From Phycisphaerae bacterium (GTDB lineage: Bacteria > Planctomycetota > Phycisphaerae > UBA1845 > Fen-1342): a stretch of 64,000 bases of DNA. The notes under the pieces were generated by a model. The model had not been told where the DNA came from. It ran no database searches and saw only the letters and a program-made list of their open reading frames with translations. Both the position numbers and the translations under genes were made by a program. Position 1 is the first letter of the stretch. Each line of letters starts with the position of its first letter. Positions 10,891-23,597 of this stretch are shown piece by piece. The DNA is taken from assembly GCA_050115495.1 (NCBI GenBank), contig JASFQK010000033.1:17362-81361 (forward strand), written 5' to 3'.

Positions 10891-11780
10891 CACTCGCTCT
10901 CCGCCACCGCTCGCGGCCCGCTCTGTGCCATCCGCCACTCCACGACGCCCTTGGCCACGATCGTGAGCAGGGCGATGCCCACCAGCAACCCGGCGACGCT
11001 GAACGCCGCCGCGAACCGGTACTCGTTGTAGAGAATCTCCACGTGCAGCGGCAGCGTGTTCGTCACGCCGCGAATGTGCCCGGAGACGACGGACACCGCG
11101 CCGAACTCGCCCAGAGCCCGCGCCGTGCACAGGATCGTTCCGTAGATCAGGCCCCACTTGATGTTCGGCAGCGTCACGCGGAAGAACGTCTGCCAGCCGC
11201 CGGCGCCGAGGCTCAGCGCCGCCTCTTCATCTTCGCGGCCCTGGGCCTCCATCAGCGGGATGAGCTCGCGGGCCACGAACGGCAGCGTGACGAAGATCGT
11301 CGCCAGCACGATGCCCGGCCAGGCGAAGATGATCTTGATGCTGTGCTCGCTCAGCCACGGCCCCACTACGCCGCGCGCTCCGAACAGCAGCACGAAGATC
11401 ATGCCGGCGATCACAGGCGACACGCTGAACGGCAGGTCGATCAGCGTGATGAGGATGCTTCGCCCGCGCACGCGGAACTTCGTGATCGCCCAGGCCACCG
11501 CCAGGCCGAACAGCAGGTTCAGCGGTACGGCCATGACCACGGCGAGCGCCGTCAGCCGCACCGCCGCCAGCGCGTCCGGTTCGATCAGCGCCGCCTTGGC
11601 CGTCGCCCAGCCCTTTTCGAGCGCGCAGTAGAAGACGATGCCCAGCGGCAGGATGAGCATCACGCCCAGGAACGCGACCGCGATCAGCACGAGCGCCCAG
11701 CGCACCAGCGCCGATGAACCGCGGATGGCGGTTCCGCGGGTCGCCGTTGGCGATCGAATGTCGGAGATGATGGATACCAA
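10890..11780 (-). CDS. cysW: Sulfate ABC transporter permease CysW (start approximate, TTG)
   Basis: [62 protein letters not shown]. Confidence 0.92.
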   Translation of the reverse strand: MVSIISDIRSPTATRGTAIRGSSALVRWALVLIAVAFLGVMLILPLGIVFYCALEKGWATAKAALIEPDALAAVRLTALAVVMAVPLNLLFGLAVAWAITKFRVRGRSILITLIDLPFSVSPVIAGMIFVLLFGARGVVGPWLSEHSIKIIFAWPGIVLATIFVTLPFVARELIPLMEAQGREDEEAALSLGAGGWQTFFRVTLPNIKWGLIYGTILCTARALGEFGAVSVVSGHIRGVTNTLPLHVEILYNEYRFAAAFSVAGLLVGIALLTIVAKGVVEWRMAQSGPRAVAESE

Positions 11781-11803
11781 TCGCAAAACGCACTCCACCA
11801 GTT

Positions 11804-12676
11804 CTACGTCGGCACAGCCCGCCGCGCCCACGCCTGGAGCAGGTTGATCACGAGCAGCAGCGTGAACGACAGCAGGAGCAGGACGAGGGCTACGGCCGTC
11901 GCCCCGGCGTAGTTGTATTCCTCCAGACGCGTCATGATCAGCAGCGGCACGATCTCCGTTCGCCCCGGCATATTGCCCGAGATGAAGACGACCGAGCCGT
12001 ATTCCCCCACCGACCGGGCGAAGGCCATCGCGAACCCCGCCAGCACCGCCGGCAGAATCGTCGGCAGCACAACTCGGCGGAACGTCTGCCCGCGGCTGGC
12101 CCCCAGCGTCGCCGCGGCTTCCTCGACTTCGCGGTCGATGTCCTGCAACACCGGCTGCACCGTGCGCACGACGAACGGCAGGCTAACGAACATCATGGCG
12201 ATGATGATGCCCACCGGGCTGTACGCGGCCTTGACGCCGATGTGCTGGAGCAGGCCGCCGAGCACGCCGGTCGGCGCGTACACTGCGGTCAGGGCGATAC
12301 CCGCGACAGCGGTAGGGAGGGCGAAGGGCAGGTCGACCAGCGTGTCGAGGACCCGCCGGCCGGGAAACCGATAGCGTACGAGCACCCAGGCCACGAGCAA
12401 CCCGAAGGCCGCGTTGACCGCCGCCGCGATCAAGGCACCGCCGATGCTCAGCTTGTAGGCGGCGAGCGTGCGCTCCGCCGTGAACGTATGCCAGAACTCC
12501 GCCCAGCTCAGGTGCAGGGCGCGCAGCGGAAGCATGGCGAGGGGGATGAGGATCAACAGGCTCATGTAGACAATGGAGAACCCCATCGTCAGCCGGAAAC
12601 CCGGCACGACGGCCTGCCGTCTGGCTCGCGCCAACTTCACCAATCGCTCCCGACTGCTGCCAACCTCCATTACCAC
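11804..12676 (-). CDS. cysT: Sulfate ABC transporter permease CysT (start approximate)
   Basis: LVRYRFPGRR, VDLPFALPTAVAGIAL, PFVVRTVQPVL, GEYGSVVFISGNMP. Confidence 0.92.
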   Translation of the reverse strand: MVMEVGSSRERLVKLARARRQAVVPGFRLTMGFSIVYMSLLILIPLAMLPLRALHLSWAEFWHTFTAERTLAAYKLSIGGALIAAAVNAAFGLLVAWVLVRYRFPGRRVLDTLVDLPFALPTAVAGIALTAVYAPTGVLGGLLQHIGVKAAYSPVGIIIAMMFVSLPFVVRTVQPVLQDIDREVEEAAATLGASRGQTFRRVVLPTILPAVLAGFAMAFARSVGEYGSVVFISGNMPGRTEIVPLLIMTRLEEYNYAGATAVALVLLLLSFTLLLVINLLQAWARRAVPT

Positions 12677-12697
12677 TGCCCGGCGACCGTGTCCCCG

Positions 12698-13708
12698 CTA
12701 TGGCTTGAAGATCTGGTCGAACGTGCCGCCTTCGGTGAAGTGCCGCTTGTGCGCCTTCGACCACCCGCCGAACTCGGCGTCCACTGTGATCAGCTCCACT
12801 TTCGGAAAGCGGTCCGCATACTTCTCGGCGACCTTCGGCATCTGCGGCCGGTAGTAGTGCTTGGCGATGAGTTCCTGCCCGGCCTCGGTGTAGAGGAACT
12901 CCAGGTACGCCGTCGCCACCTGCCGCGTACCGCGCTTGTCCACGACCTTGTCGACCACCGTCACCGGCGGCTCGGCGAGAATGCTGATGGACGGCACGAC
13001 GATTTCGAACTGGCCCGGGCTCAGCTTCTCCATGACCAGCAGCGCTTCGTTCTCCCATGCCAGGAACACATCGCCGATGCCGCGCTGCACGAACGTGTTC
13101 GTCGCCCCGCGAGCCCCCGTGTCCAGCACCGGCACGTTCCTGAACAGCTTGGTCATATAGTCGCGGATCTTCGCCTCGTCCCCGTTGCACTCCCGCGTGG
13201 CGTAGGCCCAGGCCGCCAGGTAGTTCCAGCGGGCCCCGCCGGAGGTCTTCGGGTTCGGCGTGATGACGGCGACGCCGGGCCGCACGAGGTCGCCCCAGCC
13301 TTTGATCTGCTTGGGGTTGCCTTTGCGGACGAGGAAGACGATCGTCGACGTGTACGGGCAACTGTTGTTCGGGAGGCGCTTCTGCCAGTCCTGCGGGACG
13401 AGCTTCGCTTCGCGGTGCATCGCATCGATGTCGTAGGCGACGGCGAGCGTGACGACGTCGGCCTCCAGCCCGTCGATAACCGCCCGGGCCTGCTTGCCTG
13501 CCCCGCCGTGGGATTGGCGGATGGTGAGCGTTTGCCCGGTGTTCTCCTGCCACTGCTTGGCGAACGCCGCGTTTACCTCTTCGTAGAGCTCGCGCGTCGG
13601 GTCATACGAGACGTTCAGGATGGTCACGTCGTTTCCGCCCCGGGCTGTCCCCGCCGGCATGAGCACGACCGCCGCCACCATCGCCACCAGGAAGAATCCG
13701 AATCGCAT
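12698..13708 (-). CDS. sbp: Periplasmic sulfate-binding protein
   Basis: Signal peptide then [76 protein letters not shown]. Confidence 0.93.
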   Translation of the reverse strand: MRFGFFLVAMVAAVVLMPAGTARGGNDVTILNVSYDPTRELYEEVNAAFAKQWQENTGQTLTIRQSHGGAGKQARAVIDGLEADVVTLAVAYDIDAMHREAKLVPQDWQKRLPNNSCPYTSTIVFLVRKGNPKQIKGWGDLVRPGVAVITPNPKTSGGARWNYLAAWAYATRECNGDEAKIRDYMTKLFRNVPVLDTGARGATNTFVQRGIGDVFLAWENEALLVMEKLSPGQFEIVVPSISILAEPPVTVVDKVVDKRGTRQVATAYLEFLYTEAGQELIAKHYYRPQMPKVAEKYADRFPKVELITVDAEFGGWSKAHKRHFTEGGTFDQIFKP

Positions 13709-13766
13709 CGCCATCTCCTCGCGCGACCAAAACGAACCTGTACCGCTCCTCATACATCCCGGGGAT

Positions 13767-13782
13767 TGCAGGCGACGTGCCA
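13767..13782 (-). promoter_or_regulatory. sigma54 (-24/-12) promoter of the sbp-cysTWA operon
   Basis: Minus strand reads TGGCACGTCGCCTGCA: GG-N10-GC with TGGCACG, about 60 nt upstream of the sbp start and next to a sigma54 activator gene. Confidence 0.75.
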
Positions 13783-13847
13783 CGCCGGAAATGGCGTTTC
13801 CAGCGTTTCCAACGGGGTGTGGCCATGAAATATCACAGAATAAGCCG

Positions 13848-13871
13848 TTGCCCGTCACGGGCCACGGGCAA
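13848..13871. promoter_or_regulatory. Candidate upstream activator site (palindrome)
   Basis: TTGCCCGT-N8-ACGGGCAA perfect inverted repeat, 66-90 bp upstream of the -24 element. Confidence 0.4.
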
Positions 13872-13914
13872 TCCGTTACATCGGGTTTGGCTGATGGTAC
13901 TGGTTTGGGAGCGG

Positions 13915-15477
13915 TTACGGGCCCGGCCGGAACTTCTGCCAGTCGATCCCGAGCCGGCGCATCCGCGACCGGAGCGTGTGCGGGTTCACGTCCAGCACGT
14001 TCGCCGTCCCGCGCGGACCCTCGATTCGGCCCTGCGTGGCGGCGAGGACGCGCTCGATGTGTTCTCGGACCACATCGTCCAGGCGGGAGGATTGGGGCGT
14101 GCGGTTGCCGGGATCGGTTCCGGCGTCTCCCCGCCCGTTCGCCATCGCCGGCCCCAGCGGCATGCCCAAACCCTTGGCGACCTCCAGCCGGCGGCCACGG
14201 CCGAGGATCACCGCCCGGTCGATCACCGCCGCCAGCTCCCGGGCGTTCCCTGGCCACGCGTATCCAAGCAGCAGCCGCAGGTCCTCCGGCGAGACCTGTT
14301 GGGCCCGATAACCAAACCGCCGAGCTGAACGCTGGGCGAAGTGATTCGCCATCTGCGGGATGTCCTCCGGGCGGGCCCGCAGGGGCGGCAGCTCGATCGG
14401 AAAGACCGCGATGCGGTACCACAGGTCTTGCCGAAACCGCCCGTCGGCCACCTTGCCCTGGAGATCGGGGTGCGTGGCGGCGACGACCCGGACGTCGACG
14501 GTCAGGCTCCGCTGGCCGCCGACGCGCTCGAACGTCCCGTCCTGAAGCACGCGCAGCAGGCGAACCTGCGCGCCGGGCGACAATTCGCCCACCTCGTCGA
14601 GGAAGAGCGAGCCGCCATGAGCCCGCTCGAACCACCCCTCGCGCAGCGACGTCGCCCCGGTGAAGCTCCCCTTTTCGTGGCCGAACAGCTCCGAGTCGAT
14701 CAGCTCCGACGGAATGGCCCCGCAGTTTACCCGCAGGAACGGCCCGTCCCGGCGGGGCGAGCGTTGGTGTATCGCTCGGGCAATGACCTCTTTGCCGGAG
14801 CCGGTTTCGCCGAGGATGAGCACCGGCAGGTCGGACGGCGCGACGAGGTCGACGCGTTCCATGACGGTCTTCAGCCCCGACTCGGCCCCGACGATCGCGT
14901 CGACGATCGCGTCCCGCCCCAGTCGGCGGAGCAGTGACACCTTGTCGGCCTCCGCCGCATCGCGCAGCGCGGAAATCTCCGCCACGCGCTCGTCGTTCTC
15001 CAGCGCTACGGTGAGCGGCTCACGCAGCGCCCGGGCGAGGATCTCGTGTTCGGCGTCGAAGGCTCCGGCCCGCTCGGCGACCGCGAGAAACGCTCCGTGC
15101 ACGCCGGCCTGATCGGCCAGCGGGACGGCGAGCAGATCACCGCCGCCGGTGCCGTGCAGCAAGCCGAGCATGTGGCGGTCGACGATCGGGCTGCTGGCCC
15201 GCAGGACCGAGTCTGACCGGCCCCAGGCGAGGAGGTCTTCGAGCTCCTTCTCGGCGAGCTCATGCTGGCGGGGCAGAGCGGTGGCCACGGCTGGCGTGCG
15301 GCTGACGGCGATGGCGTCCAGCCGCCGATGGCTGAGCTCGATGCGCAATACGCCGAGAGCATCCGCCGGCAGCCGCTCCCAGAGCAGGGGGGCAATGAGC
15401 GGCACGGATTCCTCGACGCGCACGTGGCAGGAGACCTGCCGCCAGACCTTCAGCAGCAATTCCGAGAAGCGTTCCAT
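13915..15477 (-). CDS. sigma54-dependent enhancer-binding protein (GAF-like + AAA+ + HTH; FhlA/HyfR-like)
   Basis: [47 protein letters not shown]-terminal [28 protein letters not shown]. Confidence 0.93.
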   Translation of the reverse strand: MERFSELLLKVWRQVSCHVRVEESVPLIAPLLWERLPADALGVLRIELSHRRLDAIAVSRTPAVATALPRQHELAEKELEDLLAWGRSDSVLRASSPIVDRHMLGLLHGTGGGDLLAVPLADQAGVHGAFLAVAERAGAFDAEHEILARALREPLTVALENDERVAEISALRDAAEADKVSLLRRLGRDAIVDAIVGAESGLKTVMERVDLVAPSDLPVLILGETGSGKEVIARAIHQRSPRRDGPFLRVNCGAIPSELIDSELFGHEKGSFTGATSLREGWFERAHGGSLFLDEVGELSPGAQVRLLRVLQDGTFERVGGQRSLTVDVRVVAATHPDLQGKVADGRFRQDLWYRIAVFPIELPPLRARPEDIPQMANHFAQRSARRFGYRAQQVSPEDLRLLLGYAWPGNARELAAVIDRAVILGRGRRLEVAKGLGMPLGPAMANGRGDAGTDPGNRTPQSSRLDDVVREHIERVLAATQGRIEGPRGTANVLDVNPHTLRSRMRRLGIDWQKFRPGP

Positions 15478-15544
15478 AGGCAGTCTCGCGCGACGTGCCG
15501 GCTTGCCGGCGCGGCGCTGCCCCGGCCGCCCCCGGGGTATGGGT

Positions 15545-16816
15545 CTATTCGTGCCGCAGGGCCTCGATCGGGTCCAGGTTGGCGGCGTGCCGCGCTGGGT
15601 ACAGCCCGAAGACGATGCCTACGCTCATGCTGATGCCCACGGCCAGGACGAGGCTCTGTCCGGTCACCACCGTGGGCATGTCCGCCACGCGCGTGATGAC
15701 CCATGGAATCAGCAGGCCGATCGTTACGCCGATCAGACCGCCCGCCGTCGAGAGCACGACCGTCTCGATCAGGAACTGGCCGATGATCTGCCGGCGGCGG
15801 GCCCCGATCGCCCGGCGGATGCCGATCTCCCGCGTCCGCTCGGTGACCGAGGCCAGCATGATGTTCATGATGCCGATGCCGCCGACGAGCAGACTGATGC
15901 CGGCGATCGAGCCGAGCACGATGTTGAAGCGCCGCTTGGTGGCCTCCGCCTCGCGCAGCAGGGCCAGCGGCACGCTGATGCGGTAGTCGCCCTTGGGATG
16001 GTAGCGGCTCAGCATGCGCTCCAGCCCGGCGGCCACGGCCTCGACGTGGTTGATGTTGTCGATCTGCACGATGAGCTGATGCAGCTCGACCGACTCCCGC
16101 ACCATCGAACCCGACGTCACCTCAGTGCGGAAGTCGCCGTAGCGCTCGCGGGCCACCTCGATCGGGATATACGCGTCGATTTCCTGGTCCGGCGTCTGGA
16201 TCGAGCCGCCCTGCGCCGACTCGCTCTGGACGATGCCGACGACTTCGTAGTACGCGCTGCCGATGCGCAGGCTTTGTCCGATGGTCCGCTCGGTGGCCAG
16301 CAGCCGGCGGGCCCCGTACTCCGTCAGCACGACCGCCCCGCCTCGGCGTTGCCCATCGCGGTCGTTGTGCGTGCGCCCGGCGATCAGCTTGCGCTGCACC
16401 AGGTCGAACCAGTCCGCAGACGTGCCCAGCACGCGCAAGTCCATCGTCCGCTCGCCCAGCCGCCCCTCGCGGCGCACGATCTTCACCGGGACCGTCCGCT
16501 CGATGGCTGAGAACGTCTGCCGCGCCCGCCGCTCGTCATCGTAGTGCAGGCCGTACATGAGCACGCTGAACGGCGAGCGCGTTCCCGTGTTCTCCTCCTC
16601 GGCCGGCTTCATCGACGTGACGATGATGTTCGTGCTGCCCAGCTTGCGGATCTGCGTCAGGGCCTCCTGGCTGGCGCCCTCGCCCACGGCCAGCATGGCC
16701 ACCACGCTGCCCACGCCGAACACCACGCCCAGCATGGTCAGCAGCGAGCGCAGCTTGTGCAGCATCAGCGTCTTGACGCCCAGGCGCACGTTTCGCAGGA
16801 GCTTCGCCGGTCTCAT
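15545..16816 (-). CDS. MacB/FtsX-family ABC permease
   Basis: RSLLTMLGVVFGVGSVV, LLVGGIGIMNIMLASVTERTREIGIRRAIGA, AANLDPIEALRHE. Confidence 0.93.
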   Translation of the reverse strand: MRPAKLLRNVRLGVKTLMLHKLRSLLTMLGVVFGVGSVVAMLAVGEGASQEALTQIRKLGSTNIIVTSMKPAEEENTGTRSPFSVLMYGLHYDDERRARQTFSAIERTVPVKIVRREGRLGERTMDLRVLGTSADWFDLVQRKLIAGRTHNDRDGQRRGGAVVLTEYGARRLLATERTIGQSLRIGSAYYEVVGIVQSESAQGGSIQTPDQEIDAYIPIEVARERYGDFRTEVTSGSMVRESVELHQLIVQIDNINHVEAVAAGLERMLSRYHPKGDYRISVPLALLREAEATKRRFNIVLGSIAGISLLVGGIGIMNIMLASVTERTREIGIRRAIGARRRQIIGQFLIETVVLSTAGGLIGVTIGLLIPWVITRVADMPTVVTGQSLVLAVGISMSVGIVFGLYPARHAANLDPIEALRHE

Positions 16817-17547
16817 GCTGCGCTTCCGTCTATGCGGTCGATCAGTCCGTCACGCATGTGCAGGCGGTGGCCGGCGTACTCCGCCAGGTCCGGCTCGTGC
16901 GTGACCATGATGATCGTCTTGCCCTGGGCGTTCAGCTCGCAGAGCAGGCCCATGATCTGTTCACTGGTGGCCGAATCCAGATTGCCGGTCGGCTCGTCCG
17001 CCAGCAGGAGCGATGGATCAGCCGCCAGGGCCCGGGCCACGGCCACGCGCTGCTGCTCGCCGCCGGAGAGCTCGGAGGGCCGGTGCCCCAGCCGGCCGGC
17101 GAGCCCGACGCGTTCGGCCATTTCCGCCGCCCGGGCCGCGCTGCGCTCGGTATCCCAGTCGAGGTAGTACAGCGGCAATTCGATGTTCTCGCTCACGGTG
17201 AGCTGCGGGATCAGGTTGAAGCTCTGGAACACGAAGCCCAGGTAGCGCAGGCGCAGCCGGCTGAGCTCGTCGTCGTTGAGGTCGGCGACATTTTGTCCGA
17301 CGAGCAGGTAGCGGCCGGTGGTCGGCCGGTCGAGGCAGCCCAGGAGGTTGAGCATCGTGCTCTTGCCCGAGCCGCTGGGCCCCATGATCGCCCAGAACGT
17401 GCCGGAGGCAAAGGAGAGGCTCACGCCGGCCAGGGCCCGTACCTCGGTCGCCCCCATCGGGTAGACTTTGGTGACGTTATCGAGCAGCGCCACGGCGTCC
17501 GAGGCCGTCGCTTCGCGCATTGGTTTCGTACTGACCGACGGCTTCAC
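16813..17547 (-). CDS. MacB/LolD-family ABC ATP-binding protein
   Basis: GPSGSGKST, GFVFQSFNL, LSGGEQQRVAVARAL, LADEPTGNLD. Confidence 0.93.
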   Translation of the reverse strand: MKPSVSTKPMREATASDAVALLDNVTKVYPMGATEVRALAGVSLSFASGTFWAIMGPSGSGKSTMLNLLGCLDRPTTGRYLLVGQNVADLNDDELSRLRLRYLGFVFQSFNLIPQLTVSENIELPLYYLDWDTERSAARAAEMAERVGLAGRLGHRPSELSGGEQQRVAVARALAADPSLLLADEPTGNLDSATSEQIMGLLCELNAQGKTIIMVTHEPDLAEYAGHRLHMRDGLIDRIDGSAA

Positions 17548-17549
17548 TG

Positions 17550-19499
17550 CTACTCCCCGCCTCCCGGTCTGTCTCCCGCCGGCCGCTCGCCGCCGCGGGG
17601 GCCGCTCGGCTGGCTCGTCGGTGGGCCGCCTTCGCCGCCCCGTTCGCGGCCTGATCCGCCGCCCGGTCCACGCATGCCACCGCGTTCGGAGCCGCCACCC
17701 TGGCCCGGGCCACCACCCTGACCCATTCCGCCGCCGCGCTGGCGCATCTTCTCCATGAACGCCTCACGCTCTTCGGGCGTCATCTTCTCGAATCGCTCGC
17801 GCATGCGCGCCCGGCGATCATCGTCGGAGGCTTGGTCCTGGCCGCCCGCTCCCGGTCCCTGCGGTCCGGCGCCGGCCGCGGCTCCCGGCCCGCTCGGGCC
17901 GCCGCTCATGGCCGCCCCCGGTCCCGCCCCGCCGGTTGCACCCGTCGGTGTGCCCGTCGGCGCGCCCGTCGGCGTCGTCGGCGTCATCTCCAGCGGCTCC
18001 TGCGCCACATCGACATGGGCTTCCAGCGGTGGCGTCAGCAGGACTTCCTGGCCGGGCTCCAGGCCGGAGATGACGTGCACCATCGAATTGTTGTCCAGGC
18101 CGATCTGGATCGGGTGCGGCTTGAATTCGCTGCCCGACCGCACGTACACCGTCGGCTGCAGACCGATCCTGGTGACGGCCTGCACAGGAACGCGGAGGGC
18201 GTCGGCGTGCTGCTCGACGACGATCTCGGCCTCGCAGCTCATGCCCGTGCGCAGCTCCGGGTGGCTGCCGTCGAGGTGGATCTCGGTCGCGTACACCTTC
18301 AGATCGGGGTTCATCCACGCAGCCTGCGCGTCCGGCAGCGGGGCGATCTTGGCCACGCGGCCGGTGAAGGCCTGATCGGGCAAGGCGTCAACTTTGATGC
18401 GCACCGGCTGCCCGACGCGCACCTTGTCGAGGCTCGATTCGTGGATCTGAATCTCGGCCATCATCGACTCGGCCGACGGCAGGTAGATCAGCTCTTCGCG
18501 CTCACGGACCGCCTGCCCCTCCTGGAGCGGCTCGCGGCTCCAGCGGCGCCCGCCGGTCTGTACCGAGGTGGCGTAGACCACCAGGCCGGAGCGCGGGGCG
18601 TAGATCTTGGTCTTGGCGAGTTGGCTCTGCGTCTTCTCGAACTTCGAGCGCTGCTGGCGCAGCTCGGTCTCGCGGGCCTTCAGGGAGGCCTCGGCCTGCA
18701 CGATGTTGGCGTTGGCCTGGAGCTTCACCCGCTCGAGCGCCATCGCCGTCTGCTCGATGTTGCTTTGCAGCTCGGCCGTCTTGCGTTTCGACGTGTAATC
18801 ATTGAGCAGCGCCAGCGAGGCGACGGCGAGATCGTGATTGAGTTCCGACCGCTTGAAGGTCAATTCGTCCGCCTTGTACTCCGTTTGCGAGATGTACTTC
18901 TCTTGGTAGAGGCGCTCAGACCACTTCAGCTTGTCGGCGTTCCGCTCCATCTCTTCCTTGGCCAGCGTGATGTTGGCTTCGGCCTCCTTCACTTCCTTCG
19001 GAAGCTGGCCGTCGAGATACTGCGTGAGGTCCTCCTCGGCGAACTGGTGATCGAGCTCGGCCTTGGAGATGTCGCTCTCGGCCTGGTTCTTCGTCACGGC
19101 CAGATTCTCGCGGGCGGTGACGAAGCTGGCGTCGGCGCTGTCCACCGAGATCTGCTGCTGGGTCAGCGAGTCCTGCAATGAACTCCCGTCGAGCTCGGCC
19201 AGCAGGGTCCCCTCCTCCACGCGCGTGCCTTCGGGGATGAGGTAGATCAGGGTGGCCTGACCCTCGACCTCGCTCTTCAGGGCCACCTGCTCGAGCGACT
19301 TGATCGTGCCCGACTCGGTGACGCTGATGGTCAGCGGCCCTTTCTGTACGCGGTACGTGGGCTGCGTGCCCGTACCGGTGCTCGCGCCCACCGTCCGCGT
19401 CCACGCGTACGTGCCCAGCGCCCCCACCACCAGGACCACGGCCACCGCCAGGGGCCAGCGGCCCAGCCACGTCCCCTTCTGCTCTTTGCCGGCTTTCAT
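17550..19499 (-). CDS. Periplasmic adaptor (MacA/HlyD-like) with long coiled coil and Gly-rich tail
   Basis: N-terminal TM; ISVTESGTIKS; IYAPRSGLVVY; IHESSLDKVRVGQPV; LRTGMSCEAEI; low-complexity Gly/Pro tail. Confidence 0.88.
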   Translation of the reverse strand: MKAGKEQKGTWLGRWPLAVAVVLVVGALGTYAWTRTVGASTGTGTQPTYRVQKGPLTISVTESGTIKSLEQVALKSEVEGQATLIYLIPEGTRVEEGTLLAELDGSSLQDSLTQQQISVDSADASFVTARENLAVTKNQAESDISKAELDHQFAEEDLTQYLDGQLPKEVKEAEANITLAKEEMERNADKLKWSERLYQEKYISQTEYKADELTFKRSELNHDLAVASLALLNDYTSKRKTAELQSNIEQTAMALERVKLQANANIVQAEASLKARETELRQQRSKFEKTQSQLAKTKIYAPRSGLVVYATSVQTGGRRWSREPLQEGQAVREREELIYLPSAESMMAEIQIHESSLDKVRVGQPVRIKVDALPDQAFTGRVAKIAPLPDAQAAWMNPDLKVYATEIHLDGSHPELRTGMSCEAEIVVEQHADALRVPVQAVTRIGLQPTVYVRSGSEFKPHPIQIGLDNNSMVHVISGLEPGQEVLLTPPLEAHVDVAQEPLEMTPTTPTGAPTGTPTGATGGAGPGAAMSGGPSGPGAAAGAGPQGPGAGGQDQASDDDRRARMRERFEKMTPEEREAFMEKMRQRGGGMGQGGGPGQGGGSERGGMRGPGGGSGRERGGEGGPPTSQPSGPRGGERPAGDRPGGGE

Positions 19500-19500
19500 C

Positions 19501-21426
19501 TCAATCCGTCCCTTCTTCGGGAACGTACTCACGCCACAGTCCACGTTCGTCGACCTCGAGCAGGCCCAGGTCCCGCTGCAGGGCCAACTCGTTCACCCGG
19601 TAGTTCACGTGCGCCGACGTCAGCGAGTTCTTCGCCGTCACCAGCGCGTCCTGCGCCTCCAGCAGGTCGCGGATCTCCGCCCGCCCCGCCTCCAGGAGCA
19701 AACCCGCACTGGCCACGCGGCGCTCGGCGACCTTCACCGCGTCCACCTGAATCTTGACGGTCTCGCGGGCCTCCAGCAGCCGGCTCAGACCGTTCCGCAC
19801 GTCGAGCTTGATCTGATCTTCCAGCGCCTGCACGTCGCGCACCGTCTGCTCCAGGCGGATCAGCGATCGGCGATACGCGTTCCGCTCCGCCGTCCGTTCC
19901 AGCGGCAGGTCGATCGTCAGCAGCGCCGAGTAGTGCCCCTCGTCCGGCCGCAGAATCGCATCGTCCTGCCCCGCCGAACCGACCGACCGCCCCGAGCCCG
20001 CCGACGCGTTGCCGAGGATGGTGATCTCGGTTCGCAACTGGTCCGCGGCGATGGCGACGGCTCGCTGGGCGTCCTGCACGCGGCCCACGGCCACCCGCAG
20101 GTCGCCGCGATGCTTGAGCGCCGCCTGGATTGCCACCGACTCCTCAATTTCGTAGCGGCCGCCCTTACGCTCCGGCTCGACCAGAACGATCTCGGCATCG
20201 GCCGGCGGCGACTCGGCGGCGGGCTCGGCAGTGGCGGCGGTGGCGGCCTCTTCCTCCACGGGCAACAGCTTCTGCACCGCGTCCTGCGCCGTACGCAGCT
20301 CGCTCGGATCGAGCACCACGTGGGCGTCCGTTGACAGACCCAGCCGCACCTTGAAGCTGTCCAGTTGGCGCTCGTACGCCAGGCGAGTGGAGATCCACTG
20401 GTTGCGGGCCCGCAGCTCGTCCTGACGCGACTGGTCGACCTGAATCTCCGGTAACTCCCCGGCATCCGCCAGCCGCCGGGCCCGCCGCGTCGAAGCGATC
20501 AGCCGCCGGTAGTTGTCCTCGGCGATGCCCACCGAGTCGAGCTGGCGCAGCACGGAGAGGTACTCGCTGGCGATATCGACCGCGAAGTCGCGCTTGTACT
20601 GCTCGAAGTCGTAGATGGCGTAGGCCACGTCGCGCTCGGCCTGCGTCAGCGGCTCGCCCACGATGAACTCGCCCGCCCCGCGCAGCAGCGGCAACGTCGC
20701 GCTGCCGTCGGCGTAGATGCCGCGCGAGAACAACCGGTCCTGCGTCAGCATCGACACGAGGTCGAGCGTGATCGCCCCGGTGAAGGACATGCCGTTGGCC
20801 AGCCGCTTGGAAATGCCGAGCGTGCCACCGTACTCCATGCCGCGCACGGCCTGGCGGTCGGTGTTGCCTTCATCGTCGATCGTGACGGTCTGTTCCAGTT
20901 GCGTGTCGAACAGCGTCCGGGCCTGTCCATCCCAAGTGAAGCGGAAGGCGTCCCGCTCCAGGTCGAGGGCCAGCGCCGTCTCGAAGACCTGTTCCTTGCG
21001 CGCCTGGAACTCCCGGCTTTCATGGGCCGCCACTTGCAGGGCGTCGACCAGCGTCAGCGTGAGCGCGGCCGTGGTGTCCCACCCCTCGGCGTACGCGGGC
21101 TGGGTCTCCGGCTTGGCCAGGTAGTCGGCATCGGGCCACTGCTTGATCGGCTCGAGGTCGCCGGCGCCCAGCGACGCCGACGAGGCGTGCGGCAGCTCCT
21201 GGTCCAGCATCAGCCGCCGTCGCAGCGTTTCGGCCGGCGTCTCGATGGTGAACGGCTCGGTCCGTCCCAGCGTGCTTTGCTGCGCCTTGGACACGATGTC
21301 GTACGCCACGCGGTCCGCGTCCTGGCGGTACAGCTTTGGCGGCACGCATCCCCCGGTCCAGAGCGCCGACAACACCAATAGCCCCGCGATCCCCCCCGGG
21401 CGGGCGAGCATCAACCTGCGGATCAT
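19501..21426 (-). CDS. TolC-family outer membrane efflux lipoprotein
   Basis: Lipobox-like TGGC; LTLTLVDALQVA; LPLLRGAG; EAGRAEIRDLLEAQDAL; LQRDLGLL; upstream of the adaptor and ABC genes. Confidence 0.85.
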   Translation of the reverse strand: MIRRLMLARPGGIAGLLVLSALWTGGCVPPKLYRQDADRVAYDIVSKAQQSTLGRTEPFTIETPAETLRRRLMLDQELPHASSASLGAGDLEPIKQWPDADYLAKPETQPAYAEGWDTTAALTLTLVDALQVAAHESREFQARKEQVFETALALDLERDAFRFTWDGQARTLFDTQLEQTVTIDDEGNTDRQAVRGMEYGGTLGISKRLANGMSFTGAITLDLVSMLTQDRLFSRGIYADGSATLPLLRGAGEFIVGEPLTQAERDVAYAIYDFEQYKRDFAVDIASEYLSVLRQLDSVGIAEDNYRRLIASTRRARRLADAGELPEIQVDQSRQDELRARNQWISTRLAYERQLDSFKVRLGLSTDAHVVLDPSELRTAQDAVQKLLPVEEEAATAATAEPAAESPPADAEIVLVEPERKGGRYEIEESVAIQAALKHRGDLRVAVGRVQDAQRAVAIAADQLRTEITILGNASAGSGRSVGSAGQDDAILRPDEGHYSALLTIDLPLERTAERNAYRRSLIRLEQTVRDVQALEDQIKLDVRNGLSRLLEARETVKIQVDAVKVAERRVASAGLLLEAGRAEIRDLLEAQDALVTAKNSLTSAHVNYRVNELALQRDLGLLEVDERGLWREYVPEEGTD

Positions 21427-21474
21427 CGTCTGTTCCACTACGGTTGGCCGGCGGAGATATCCGCCGGTGTACAC

Positions 21475-21666
21475 TTAGGGCAGGGCACCCGACAGCGAGT
21501 CCACCAGGGAATCCGCCATCGAAGTCAACGCGGCCGCCGCCACGTCCGTGATCAGGTCATTGGTGTCGATCGGGCAGCCGCCGCTCAGCAGCGTCACCGC
21601 GGCCAGCAGCAGCACTGCCATCACATAGCGCACTCCCCGGCGCGAATGAACCTCTCGCATCTTCAT
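21475..21666 (-). CDS. Small putative lipoprotein (63 aa)
   Basis: RBS GAGGA; basic n-region, hydrophobic h-region, LSGGC, then one amphipathic helix; first gene of the TolC operon. Confidence 0.6.
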   Translation of the reverse strand: MKMREVHSRRGVRYVMAVLLLAAVTLLSGGCPIDTNDLITDVAAAALTSMADSLVDSLSGALP

Positions 21667-21785
21667 TGTTCCTCGATTAGCACTCGGTCGCTCCGCACCT
21701 CAACAGGAGGTACCTCGTACCCGCTTTCGCCCGGCAAGGTATTGTACCGTTGCCGCCGGTCACCGTCACGATCGCCGCGCCGCCG

Positions 21786-23593
<1,808 letters not shown>

Positions 23594-23597
<4 letters not shown>

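Noticed and set aside
8398..13708. Functional link between the sulfate (selenate-permissive) transporter and the candidate selenoproteins
   Set aside because: About 30 kb apart with unrelated genes between them; no shared regulatory motif seen.
13709..14635. Long N-terminal extensions in the ORF track (sbp, typA, cysA, NarL regulator, 48503..49870)
   Set aside because: They overlap upstream genes; RBS positions and family N-termini indicate later starts.
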